Assembly: GCA_965235115.1 (NCBI GenBank)
Contig: OZ249436.1
Coordinates: 31,002,001 to 31,066,000 of the forward strand
DNA length: 64,000 nucleotides
From: Laetmonice hystrix
Lineage: Eukaryota
Direction: 5' to 3'
Part shown: positions 1 through 22,500 of the stretch, in pieces
Layout: the number at the start of each line of letters is the position of its first letter
Position numbering within the stretch: position 1 is the first letter of the stretch
Notes under the pieces: model-generated
Told to the model about the DNA's origin: nothing
The model's input: the letters and a program-made list of their open reading frames with translations, nothing else
The model's database searches: none
Position numbers and translations under genes: made by a program

Positions 1-276
1 GACATCATGTCGGGGTCGTCATGACAGCCACGCATACCCGGACGAGGCTGGCGCATCCGTTACCGGCCCCGCCCGATCGTAGGCGGCGATAGACAGGCAA
101 CGGAGAAGGTCCAATTCACGTCTTAAAGGCACGAGCAGATAAAATATATTTGTCAACGAATCCTATGAGAAACGCTGCGTAAGCGTGGCATTACGTTTAA
201 TAATAGGTCCCATTTCGATGATTATAATTTAGTTTCAGTTTAGGAGTTCAGTTTGTGTTTCGAGCGGGGCGCTGTC

Positions 277-10218
<9,942 letters not shown>

Positions 10219-10857
10219 AATGACCACACGGCACAGCCTCAGTCTCTGCGGGACCTGACAGACCAACGCGTCGCTCGATCAGCCCAGTCTCAGAGTCGAA
10301 CTGAGCAGAACGTATTGATCGAAATCACGGTGAACACAGAGAGAGGGAGAGAGAGAGAGAGAGAACCACGCTGGCCAGGTGTCTAGACAGTTTCTGCCAG
10401 TCCATTTATGTATACTCAATATCAGATTGTCACCATGTCCACAATAAAGCGTAAGCGATTGATCTTTGTCATCATGTATGATTTAGGTAGGGTAAATTTC
10501 CCTCCATCCCGGGATGATTTCTCAATGACGCGGTTATTTGTACAAACAATTTAGCTGTCGAAGATGAGTATATAGAGGCTGGAACTTTTTTCCTTGTGCA
10601 GCCGAATCAACCTGTGCGGTAGCCTCAAACCATTTACATTTGCTTTTAGTCGTTTTATCAGTGAACGCCTGCAACCGACAGCGGACGGTAGCGGACGGCA
10701 GCGGACAGCAGCGGACAGCAGCGGACAGCCGACGAGCCAGAGCAGACGACAGCGGATGGCGCAGCCGACGACAGTAGACGCTGCAACGCGACAGCTGCGA
10801 ACCCTTTCAGTTCGCCTATCTCGGCGAGGTCTCCTTGTAATGACAGCAGAGGTGGAT

Positions 10858-10946
10858 AGTTGAGTTTCAGGACGAATCACGTTGAGTTGCAGGACGAATC
10901 AAGTTGAGTTGCAGCACGAATCAAGTTGAGTTGCAGCACGAATCAA
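10858..10946. repeat. 22-bp tandem repeat, 4 copies, preceded by gcggacagca-type low-complexity repeats (10675-10790)
   Basis: Unit agttgagttgcagcacgaatca. Confidence 0.85.
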
Positions 10947-12282
10947 GCCACAGCTAACCCAAGCCAACTCTCGTTGAATACTGCTGATGGTTGCTGATGT
11001 GGGGGCTCTTCTTCTCTTTTCATCTTCCACTTTAATGCGGGTATTGATCATCAAAATTGCAAAAACTATAAGTCAAAGAGTTGATTAATATTATAATGTA
11101 TGAACTACTATGGTAACGAATACGATACTTGTTTTCCTGAAATATAAACTCTGAAGAAGTCATGATTTCACAGCGCACCATTGAAAGCACATGGTAAATA
11201 TTTGCCTACTGAATTCTGATATTTATGGAGGTCTTGACAAAACCCGCCAAACTTTTAAAAGGAAAATCGATTGGGCCTCATATTCACTCCGTAAAAAGGC
11301 AACGATGTAGGCATCGCCCATGAAATGGACAGCACACTGTCCATGGAATATAACCCTCAATTTCTCTATCAATGATGTCAGGTTCTCGCGGATACCAAAA
11401 CACTAAACAGATCAATGTCATAGAATTTAAATGTTGTGTGGGACAACGTGACATCTTACGCGGCATTTCGTTCTGTTTTGTTGGAAATGTCACAAATTCT
11501 GTTTTCTTTAGCGTAAATCTTTTATGATTCCAGAGCAGGACAGCGGCTAAATGCACCGTTCAATATGTAGTATGTCATGTTATTGAGCGATAGCCCGAAA
11601 TGAAGCACGGTTGGAAGTTGGGCTGAAAAAAAAATCATTTTTTTCATTAGAGGCGAGTTTACATTTTATAGCATGACAATAGGTCGACATGCCTCCGCCG
11701 TTGTGACGCAAGATCAATATTATACGGAGAATAAAATGGCAGCCAGGGTAAGCACAGGCGTCCACTGACATAGCCAGCGTGAAGATCCATGTGTTCACTA
11801 ATGGCATGGACGTACATGTCCTTGAATAAATTGAGAGTCATAGTAATCTTTCATGGCATGTCGTCCGCTTCGTATATATTCGTGCGTTGAATATCCAAGA
11901 TGAATATAACACCATCTCCTGTCCCGCACCGAATTTTCAGGAAGGTTTCTATGAACTGCATCATGAAAATTGGATGACATGCACCGAAAAAAACGAACCA
12001 TGTGAAATTTTTGTACTATTCAATTATTTGATTATCCGACTGAACAAATTTGGGCTTTCCTATTATCTTTCCTAAGAAGAACATAATATGACTTTATTAT
12101 AATATCCTGGGCGTAAGGGGACGTTTCCTTCACGGAACGGTGTAGACTCTATGCCGGATCCAACCGATGGACCCTGGCCGACTTTCCAAAATTACCGCAA
12201 ATTGCCCCCCCCCCCCCGACCGGTAACAAGCAGGGGCACTTTCAAATTGACTCAAATATGACTGGCCCTCACAACCTGCCTC

Positions 12283-12755
12283 CTAGTGTTTCCCTGGACG
12301 AGTCTAGTGTTTCCCTGGACGAGTCTAGTGTTTCCCTGGACGGGTTTCGTGTTTCCCTGGACGAGTCTAGTGTTTCCCTGGACGAGTCTAGTGTTTCCCT
12401 GGACGAGTCTAGTGTTTCCCTGGACGGGTTTCGTGTTTCTCTGGACGAGTCTAGTGTTTCCCTGGGCGAGTCTAGTGTTTCCCTGGACGAGTCTAGTGTT
12501 TCCCTGGACGAGTCTAGTGTTTCCCTGGACGGGTCTAGTGTTTCCCTGGACGAGTCTAGTGTTTCCCTGGACGAGTCTAGTGTTTCCCTGGACGAGTCTA
12601 GTGTTTCCCTGGACGAGTCTAGTGTTTCCCTAGACGAGTCTAGTGTTTCCCTGGACGGGTCTAGTGTTTCCCTGGACGAGTCTAGTGTTTCCCTGGACGA
12701 GTCTAGTGTTTCCCTGGACGAGTCTAGTGTTTCCCTGGACGAGTCTAGTGTTTCC
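12283..12755. repeat. 21-bp minisatellite, ~22 copies
   Basis: Unit ctagtgtttccctggacgagt with recurring gggt/tttcg variants; intergenic between genes 1 and 2. Confidence 0.95.
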
Positions 12756-13556
12756 CAGACACAAAGTCCCGTAACAAAACAACAACTCAGGGCACAGGTC
12801 TAAAATCTAGCAGTTCCCACACCGTAACTGCCGACGACTGTTTACATCGGTTCTAGTCGGTGTTGCTTTCAGTCGCGGGGTGAACTCCCCGTATAGCACT
12901 GATGGACAGAATACAGGGCCGGATCCGGGGGGGGGGGGGATTGCAACCCCCCTTAGAAATCCCCCCCAAAAAAGAAAAAAAGAAATGGAAACAAAGGTGT
13001 CAAATGTTCGTCCTCCAGCCCAGGAACTACAGTGTGAATCTAGAATCTAAAGCGATAAGTAGCCTATACGTTATATATTTCATAAAATAATAATAATTTC
13101 GGACTTGACGACTGCAACCCCCCCCCCCCTTGAAAAAATCCTGTTTTTGACCAAAAGCATTCTATCCAGAGTTGTCCTTATTATTGCTCTATAGCTTTTA
13201 TAGCAGCAAAGAGTGATTAAGATTTTTACAAAAGGGGGACAAATAATTTTTAAAAAATCACAATCTTGTTAACTTTTTGGTAGCTCGCGTATCATAGACT
13301 CATCTTGTCTGTCTATTGGAGGGAATGAAAAGAACAATAATGTTCATTTTGTTACTGAGCGCATAAAAGACCTGTGTTTATAGGCATGAGTTTCACCACC
13401 AAAAATAAAAAAGTTTGAACTTTTTGTCAAGCTTGTTTTATTTCATATCATCAATACAGGCAGATGATTTATTTATACTAACAAGTCTGTGAATAGTTCT
13501 AGATGGCTGCAATCAAGAGTTATTTACTTTATGTATCATTTTTTATCATTGAAACC

Positions 13557-16500
13557 TCACGAAATGTTATTGATGGGTGGAGGAGCCGTTTTGGCGTCGA
13601 CAAACATCTCCCGCGGTTTGGAGTGTCCATTCGTCATCGACACCTAACGAAGGAAACGGGAAAAGAACAAGAGAAATCAATGACACGAGTGTTCGTCATT
13701 GGGGACGTCAGAAGTTATTTTGAAGTGGGGGGGGGGGGGGTGAGCATGGTACATCTTTGAATCATACTTATACTGCTCAGAGTCAACAGTGGACCTTTTA
13801 TGTTTGACCTTTTATATGGCACTAGAAGTGTGTGGCGGACATTTTCCATCCAACTCGCGGATCGTACACTCCAATTTTTAAGTGATCAAAAACACTAAAT
13901 CTGCTATTTGACTTGAAATTCTTTAATATATGTCGCTTTCTCCATGATTGGGTTTGATGGTATAGAATCTGGTCGTAGTGCATTCATGGGTAATTCTCTA
14001 AATACTAGACCTACCCGAGATTGAGGGTTGTTGATGTATTTGGTGCACGATATCTCCGTGATGAGAGCAATGAGACAGAGACCGACACCAATTGCCATGG
14101 AGATGAAGACACCGCCTACTGTATCCATGGTGATTCCGGTGTTTTGGTCATCAGACTTGGGACAGTCCTTCTTCGTTTTCTCCCACCATTTCTGTTTTAT
14201 GTCCTCCAGGATTCGCTCTCGTTGAAGACTTAGGATCCTGAAGCGAGCATAAGGTGATACTGTCTAAATATGCAAGGGCATAAACATGTCTGATAGGACG
14301 CCTTTTATCATAGCTCAAACACAAACGCTATGCAACCCAGCATACCAAATCACCTATACCTTTGGCTTATCAAGTCGGTCTGCGGAGAATTCTTCTGTAG
14401 TGCAAAAGCAAACGGCTTGTTTGAGAACTGATCGCCAACAACTGCCAGGTCACATCGCAAACCAGCTTCATACTTTAAAACTGGGGCCATGTGTAGAAAT
14501 GCGAAGTTCTTGTCTGCCAGAACCTGTTTGGTGAACAACGAAAGTCATCCATATATATTATACTTATTCTCCAAACATTCTGCATTAAAAAGTAGACTTC
14601 TGTAAATCGCAGTTATCAACTATTAATTCCCCACGGTTAAACAAAGTGAAGAAGTTGTTTTTATCGACAATGCTAAGACGCTTTAACTTGAAAAGAGACA
14701 CCCGATCCTAACCCTTTGGATGCCCTCCTCGGTACTGTTGAGCAGTTTATCCTTCTTTATTTTCTCCCACATCTTGGTGAACTTGTCGCCGAGAGGATAG
14801 TCCCAGACGGCGTACTGGTAGGTGTTGTCGATCGCCGCCGCCGGTGACACTTTCCTGTCCTCCCAGGTCTGACCCAGAGACATCTCCTTCCAGCGGTCGT
14901 AGAACGTATCCTCGATCATCGACATGTGCATGAAGTAGTTCTGCGCGTCGTGGCCAGCCACTACCGAGTACTGCATGCCGCTCTGCTGGGCGAGGTCGGT
15001 CAGAGAATCCACAGGGGTCTGGGATACAGCAAAACGGAGCACATCTAGTCATAGTGGGGAGGGGGCGGGGGCAAGTTAATTGAGGTTAGAAGATGTTGAA
15101 AGGTATAGGTGTCAAGACCAAATCCGATCTCACATATAGCAAGGCTTGGGGATCTGTCACCGCATGTGGAACATTTTGCAATTGCTGGAACGCGCAAACA
15201 ATTATACTTGTTAACATTATTCAATAACTTGCTGCCCAGTCAGTTGTTCCCCAGGTACTTTCACCATTAACTCCAACCCCAATGGCCCTCCCTACCTTGA
15301 GCCTGGAGGCGGTGAGGAAGGCGGCTAGGTTGGCCGTGAACGTGGCCATGATGACCATACAGAAGAACCAATAGCCAGCCACCAGGAGCCTGCTGGAGAA
15401 TGCCTTGGGCGTGTCGCCCTCACCTTGAACAACAAGCCGGTTATAGCTAACAATCCACTTATACCACACCCGTACGACAAGGCTCAGGCGGCTTTCAATT
15501 AACCAGAATCTTGCCATACTGTGGGAAGAACCATGGTTGTTGATTTTCTCCCTCTGTTTGTATTAAAGTTTGCAAGTTGCTAATTGTAATCAATTGGATC
15601 TTGTAGTTCACTACGATATAGTCACAGAATGATAACTGGATCAATAGGTTGACGTGTACCTGACTTTGTGAAGGACCCCATGACAAACCAGGCACTTTCC
15701 TTGATATCATACACCCGACCTCCCTCACAGTACATGGCCTTTCTGTTCTGGTAGGAGTACGGACTGAAGCGGTCCAGTATGTAGATCAACACAGTCGTAA
15801 CCACCAGGGTGGCAGTCAGAGTGAGCCACACCTTCTCACTGTGAGAACGGAGAAAAAAAACAGTAACTGCCCAATCAATGGTGATGTCCACTGAAATTGT
15901 TTTTCTATATCTTAGATTAGGTATCTTTGAAGGTAAATGGGTACCTTTATGCCATCATTATACAACGGAAAACTTGCCTAAAGACTGTGAGGAAGTTGAA
16001 GAGGTTTTTGTCTGGGTCCGTTTTGTGGATGAGGATCTGAATGCCTGCGTAGTCGTAGTACGGGATGGTGAAGTCCACCATCTCGGACCTCTGTAGGGTA
16101 ACCGTCAAGGTGGCGGCCACCATGTCCACAATCTGACAGGAAAACAAACCCGGGATAACATTTAAGTCAGGCAGAATGGTGGCAGAACGGTAGCAGAATG
16201 AGGGAACAGGGTAAGGGAGTCTAGGAGCGAATCTAGGATTTTGGTAAGGGGGAGGGGTTACGGGGGAGAATTTGCTTGGGGGGGGGGGGTGTTTAGCATG
16301 GTCAATTCAGAAAGTTCGGTTGGGGTGGGGGTGGGGGTTAAATCCCCTAACCCCCGCCCCCATCCGCCACTTGGAGGTATTGTAATGTATACCCCGTCGG
16401 CGAGGAGATGCACCATCTCGTCGTAGGGAGACTGGTTGTAGTATCGACGTGGCATATCGCTCAGCTGAAGGATGTTGTATTCAAACCCGACATTTTGCGC

Positions 16501-19500
16501 AACCTTGTTCAAAACGTCAATCGTGTACCCCGTGTAATTTCCATTACCGTTGTCATCTTTCTCGAGCATCACAAAAGGTGGTTCCTAAAGAAGACGGATC
16601 CGCATGCATTACGGTAAAATTATTGTTTCAAAATAGTGATTGCCAATATCATACGAGTACTAAGGCAATCGCGAAATCATAATAATTTCAAGTACATCTC
16701 CAGTAGAATGTTGGCATGTAATCCTAACAGGGTAAAACTGCAAGCCGTTGACATATTTCATACAAAAATTCAAATTCACGAAAAACGTGAGATGAACTTA
16801 CTAGAAATGTGAGCACACGAAAAAGTGGCCGGCCGTGTTGACCCGGGAACAGGTCTCTATTGAGCGCAACTCCATCCCGAGTGGTCCACATTCCAGCCTC
16901 AAAGAATGAGCCAATCATTACATACTATAGGACATACTATAGTGCCAATAATCATATCTAATGCATAATCTCAAGATAGTACTTTTACATTTGCTTGGGG
17001 TCATAACATTATGGAGGTGAACAAAATATTTAAAAGGGTTTGTAGGTTACTCTATTTGACAATGACAAGACATATTCTAGTTTTCATTTCAGATTCTGCA
17101 GTTAAAGAAGCCTATCGTCGTATACTTGCCGACACCTTTACCTTGTACAGCCCTTGAGGACTGACCCTATGAAGGATGCGCAGACGACTGCCCCCCAAAA
17201 GGACATACCTTCTGATTCAAGTGACTGGAGATTTGGTAGATCTTTATCTGAAGACAAGGTTCTAGTGTATCGGGGACGACACCAATTGGTCCGAATATAC
17301 CAATGCGGGGAATCTAAAAAACGACAACCTTCAATATCATTATTGTCAACAGGTCACACACGAATACACCAACGGAAAACTTGGTACGTCTACCTGCATG
17401 AGGAATGACGAGAAATTTGCAGGCACCCTCTTGGGCGAGGCGTTCTTCAAGAGGTCCCGATTGGCCATCGTAAGATATCCAAAGATCATCGCCAGAGAGT
17501 CATATGCATAGGACGCCTTTACCTGGAAGTTAATTCCATTCAGTCGTCTGATTCTCCTGATAACCAATCACGATATATCCGGACAGGTCGCAAAATAACA
17601 TTAGACAAACAGATCGACGATTTCAGGATTAGGTATAGGTCTACTCACGGGGCTGAAGTGTGTGCCCGCAGTGATCTCCTTGGCAAAGTTGTAGAGGCCG
17701 TAATTGTTGACGTACTGGTTCATGTGTACGACGTTGTCCTCACAGGTGTTAGGCGCACACGTCACGGGCGCCGTTGCTTTCGTCATGACGAACCATCGGT
17801 AGAACGAACCCGTCATGGCGAGTTCTTTGCCCTGTATGTGCCAGTAGGAATTGTTGTTATTATTGATACCGGACGCAATGATTGACGGATTGCAATATGG
17901 TTGATATAACGGAAGTAATGATTGACGGACTGCAATACGGTTGATATAACGGAAGTAATGATTGACAGACTGCAATATGGTTGACGGAACGGAAGTAATA
18001 ATTGACGGACTGCAATATGGTTGACAGAACGGAAGTAATGATTGACGGACTGCAATATGGTTGACGGAACGGAAGTAATGATTGACGGACTGCAATATGG
18101 TTGACAGAACGAAAGTATGATCGATACACGACACAGTGCTTTAAAGCCGAAAGTATAGATCTAATGATAGAACATTGAAAGTAAACTACAGAAAGTGAAT
18201 CACGAAACCTATTATATAGGCTCCACAGAACTTACTTGCTCCAATAGAATTTCGATGTTTCCTTTCGAAGCCATAGCAATAAAGATGTACACATCAACGT
18301 CCTTCCGGAGGTTAATTAGAAGTTTACGAGTGTGATTGACTGAAGAGTTGATGCGAAACAGGAAATAGAATACCGTCATGTTCCAGCCCTCCTCTGTCGG
18401 AATGATCGTGCCATCTGTGGTGATTTATAAAAAAATATTTACCATGATGCCAAGTCGGCTGAGCGTGAACCACTCAGCTTCTGCAGCTCACTCTTTGTTT
18501 TCGTGTGTGGAGGGAATCCCTATCGGGATCAGAAACATTCAATACGCCCATCCCAGGTCTATAGGTGATAGACCGCTACCCATATAACCGCTCCCACCCA
18601 CAATACTTTCAAGCTGACCGAAACATTAAGCATCCTTACCAAACTGGGAATCATAGAATATGGCGATGTGAACGGGTTTGGTGGTGATGTTGGTTTGTTG
18701 GACGACTGCTGTGGCGGCTTGCAGGTAGAGTTGGTCAGGAGGTTTGATAGTTGTCGGGATGGGACGGCCATGGGCCTTACACGTCCGGGAGGTCAAAGAT
18801 AAGTAAGGTCGATTCACCGCCGACGCTATGTCCGACAGTAAGCAGGTGCGAGTATTGGTCAGGTCCAGTATAGCTGACCAGTTATCCGGATTCTTGTGGA
18901 CTGTTTCAATACACACAGGCTTTGATTTATAACTGAATTGTACAGCCAAACATTTTCTTGTATTATGGAGAAGATATCTATACTTTCTCAGTAGGAGAGT
19001 CTGGCGACTATGTTATACATTGTATGTATCGTGTGGTCCACACTAAATATCAAATACATGTACACAAAAGAAGAGAAAGGAAGGAAAGAGAAAAGAGTGA
19101 CATCGCTGGTCCACCAGGTCTTCAATTATCTGTATCTGTCTTATCAAGTACACTGTAAAAAATATTCGTAGGATAACAGACAAAATTTACAGCTTTAATT
19201 GGTGTACATTTATTTTACAGTAGAGTTATCTGTAAAATAACGCAGTAATCTTTACAGTTACAAATAAATGCCATAAAATCGTCATGACTTTCTCGAAGGG
19301 GCGAATCGGCAATTTTTTCGAATTTCAACTGATATGATAAAATTAACTATGATGGTATGTACTATCATTTTCTGAAATTTTATATTTTTCCTACAATTAA
19401 TTATGGAAATAATAATTAATGGCATGGGCGAATCCAGTAATGATTGCTCAACGTGATTTTCTCGAAAGGGCGAATGCTGGGATTCGCCCGTTTGAGAAAA

Positions 19501-22500
19501 TCAAAATGATTGGCCTAATTAGCAGGGCTTTAGCCATATCTCTGCAACTTTTTTGCCAATGTTGACAATTTTGGAGTAGTTTTTCGGGGTTTTCGGTTAA
19601 TTATCACATTATCACATTTTCGAAATTCAACATGGCCGTCAATTCCAAGATGGCCGCCATTTTACCAGAAGTAGCCAAATTTTAGCTCCAAGTCAACTGG
19701 ATTTGATGACGTTTGAGTCGATTTTGTGGTTTAGAATCTATCCAGATCTGGAATCCATTTATGACATTTTCAAATTTTAAGATGGCCGTCATCTAAATAG
19801 GAAATGGCAAGGTTTTGGTCCCCAGTGGACCAATATTGATGGAATTTGAATCAGTTTCGAGGTTGATAGGTGAATGCACACGTGTGCCCCGAGATTTTTG
19901 TGAAGAGAGTAGTGACTAACTTAATACTGGTATAGGCCTACTTCATTTATTTTGCAGTAAGAAATGTAATATCAGTAACGTATTAGATAAGTAGGATTTT
20001 GCATAGTAGAATGAGAAGCGCTCTAGCACGTGGAAATCTAGCTTGAGGCGTTTTTGCAGCAAAATTGCACGTCAGTATATCCGGGAATGAGGCGAAGCCT
20101 TGAGTGGGGGAGAGGGGTCTGAAAAAATTGAAACTTAAAGTGCCAAATAGGCACTGGCATCTAGGAAAGAAATGCAAGGTGTTATCTTAGTCAGGCCGAG
20201 GGCCTTTTTTAAATTAACAGGGGCGCCTGCTGCCACCCCCTCCCCTAAATCCGCCTGTGGCATTGCGCCAGGTAAAAATCTGTTGAAGACGTTTTTGCAT
20301 GTAATGGAACATGCAAGCAGCATTTATCCTATGTATTTATATGAGAATCAGTGGCCGATCCAGTGGGTGGTAAAGGGGTTGCGAGTCCCCGGCCCTATGA
20401 CGTAATTTTTCTTTTTTTCTGCTTGAAAGGTTCAAACCAAGCACACACCCCTTCTTGGCACTCACAAGCTCCCCCCCCCCCCCCCCCACCACCACCTCCC
20501 ATTTGGCGCCAACCTGGATCCATTCCTGCATGGGAATACTATACAAATGTAATGGACAAGATATGGGGGGGGGGGGGGGCTGATCCAGGCATTTGTGAAA
20601 GGGGGCTACAGAGATAAAGCTAAGGTAAAATTCAGCGAGCGCCGAAGGTGTGAGCTGTTCCTGCGGCTTGGGGTCCGGGGGCCCTCCCTTGGGGAAAAAT
20701 TAATATGGAAGGCCAAAAAACGCTATTTCCTAGTATCTGCATGGAGACCACTTTTCTGATAGAAATATAAAGCCTGCTGGGCCACTTTTGATGATACCAC
20801 AGACGATCCCAGCCAGTGTGCAGCCAAATTAGGCCTAACATGACAATTTTCTGGGGGGGGGGGGGGTTACAGGGGGCAACTGCCCCCCCCCCCCTCCGCT
20901 AGCTACGGCCTTGGCTGTCAACATTTAGGAACAGGAATGCAGGAGACACCCACCCAACCGTCGACCAACACCCCCACAGTCCCCCAGCGCCCGGGGGCCT
21001 CATGCACTAAAGCCTTGCAAGCCCTGCAACATCGCAACAGTCTCTCAGCGACCTCGCAAGGTTTCGAACCTCATTCACAAAAGTCTCGCAATTCTGCGAT
21101 AACGCAGCAATCCCGCAAATGATCTAGCAAATCAGTTGAAATTTGCGACAGCTCACGAGGTCCCGCAAATGGTCTGGCAAGGGGTTTGAGCAATATGGCG
21201 GCAGCACATGTCATCCTAGAGGAGGAAAGAGACAACGGGTTCCTTCCAAGACCACGAATCTTCAGGGATAGAACCAACCCTCTGGATATGTATGATGATG
21301 TTGACATACTTAGGAGATTTCGGATGCCTCGGCATACTATACTTGAGGTAGTTGATCTAATTCGAGATGATATTGCACCTCAAACCATGAGGTCACATGC
21401 CATTCCTGCCACACTGCAAACACTGTGCGCCCTTCGATATTATGGCACAGGGAACTTCCAAACCGTCAGCGGAGATATAATAGGGATTAGCCAGTCATCT
21501 GTCTCTAGAATTGTAGCTCGTGTGTCCACGGCACTCTGCAGAAGAGCACCACAACTTATTCGATTCCCTCACAACCAAATTGAACAGCAACAGATTATGG
21601 AAGGATTTTATGAAAGGGCACAGCTTCCAAACACTCTTGGATGCATTGACGGGAGTCTCATTCGCATAAAGTGTCCTTCAGTTGATGAAAATGTATATGT
21701 ATGTCGAAAACATTTCCACGCGCTCAATATTCAAGGCATTTGTGATGACCAATACAAGTTTATCAATGTGGTAGCTCGATGGCCAGGGTCAGCACATGAC
21801 GCCTTTATTTGGAACAATTGCGCCCTCAGTGCCGATTTTGAGAATGGCAACTTCCGTGGGCATCTGTTGGGAGACAGTGCGTATCCCCTACGTCCGTGGC
21901 TTTTGACGCCAATTGCCAATCCACAAAATGCTGCTGAAGAAAGGTACAACCGACATCACCGCCAAACTCGTCAACAAATTGAAGGGACGTTTGGAAGGTG
22001 GAAGATGAGGTGGCTATGTGTACATGTTAACGGTAAGTCCTCAGAAAGCATGTGATTGGAAACGGGTTAATCTTAGTGTCCCACAAAAGAGGGTTCTTAT
22101 GAAACCCCTGAATCCCCTGACCACATCCCTGTATATCGTATGGTCACGAAGACCCTGTGTTACATTACTAATGTATTACACAAACTCGTGCATGGTCACT
22201 ATAATGGTCGTTAAAAGCTGTTGCTGTCGGCCGTACTTAGCTGCCCTTGTGGATTTTTCATATATTACATTTCACCATTGCAGGTGGGGCTCTTATGTTC
22301 ACGCCTGACAGATGTGTGAGGGTCATTGTTGCTACTGCTGTGTTACATAATATTTGTGAAGAGCATGGAGTTCCACTGCCACCTGATGCTCCACTGAATG
22401 AAGATGACATCCAAGATCAAGATGTGAACCCACCGATCCCCAATTTGCAACCAAACGATGGTCGTGACGTCAGAGACGCACTTGTACGTGGACATTTCAC

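Noticed and set aside
12258..12803. 181-aa SVSLDES-repeat ORF; CRISPR-like appearance
   Set aside because: Pure tandem repeat with no unique spacers, no cas genes and a eukaryotic context; the ORF is a by-product of a 21-bp unit without stops.
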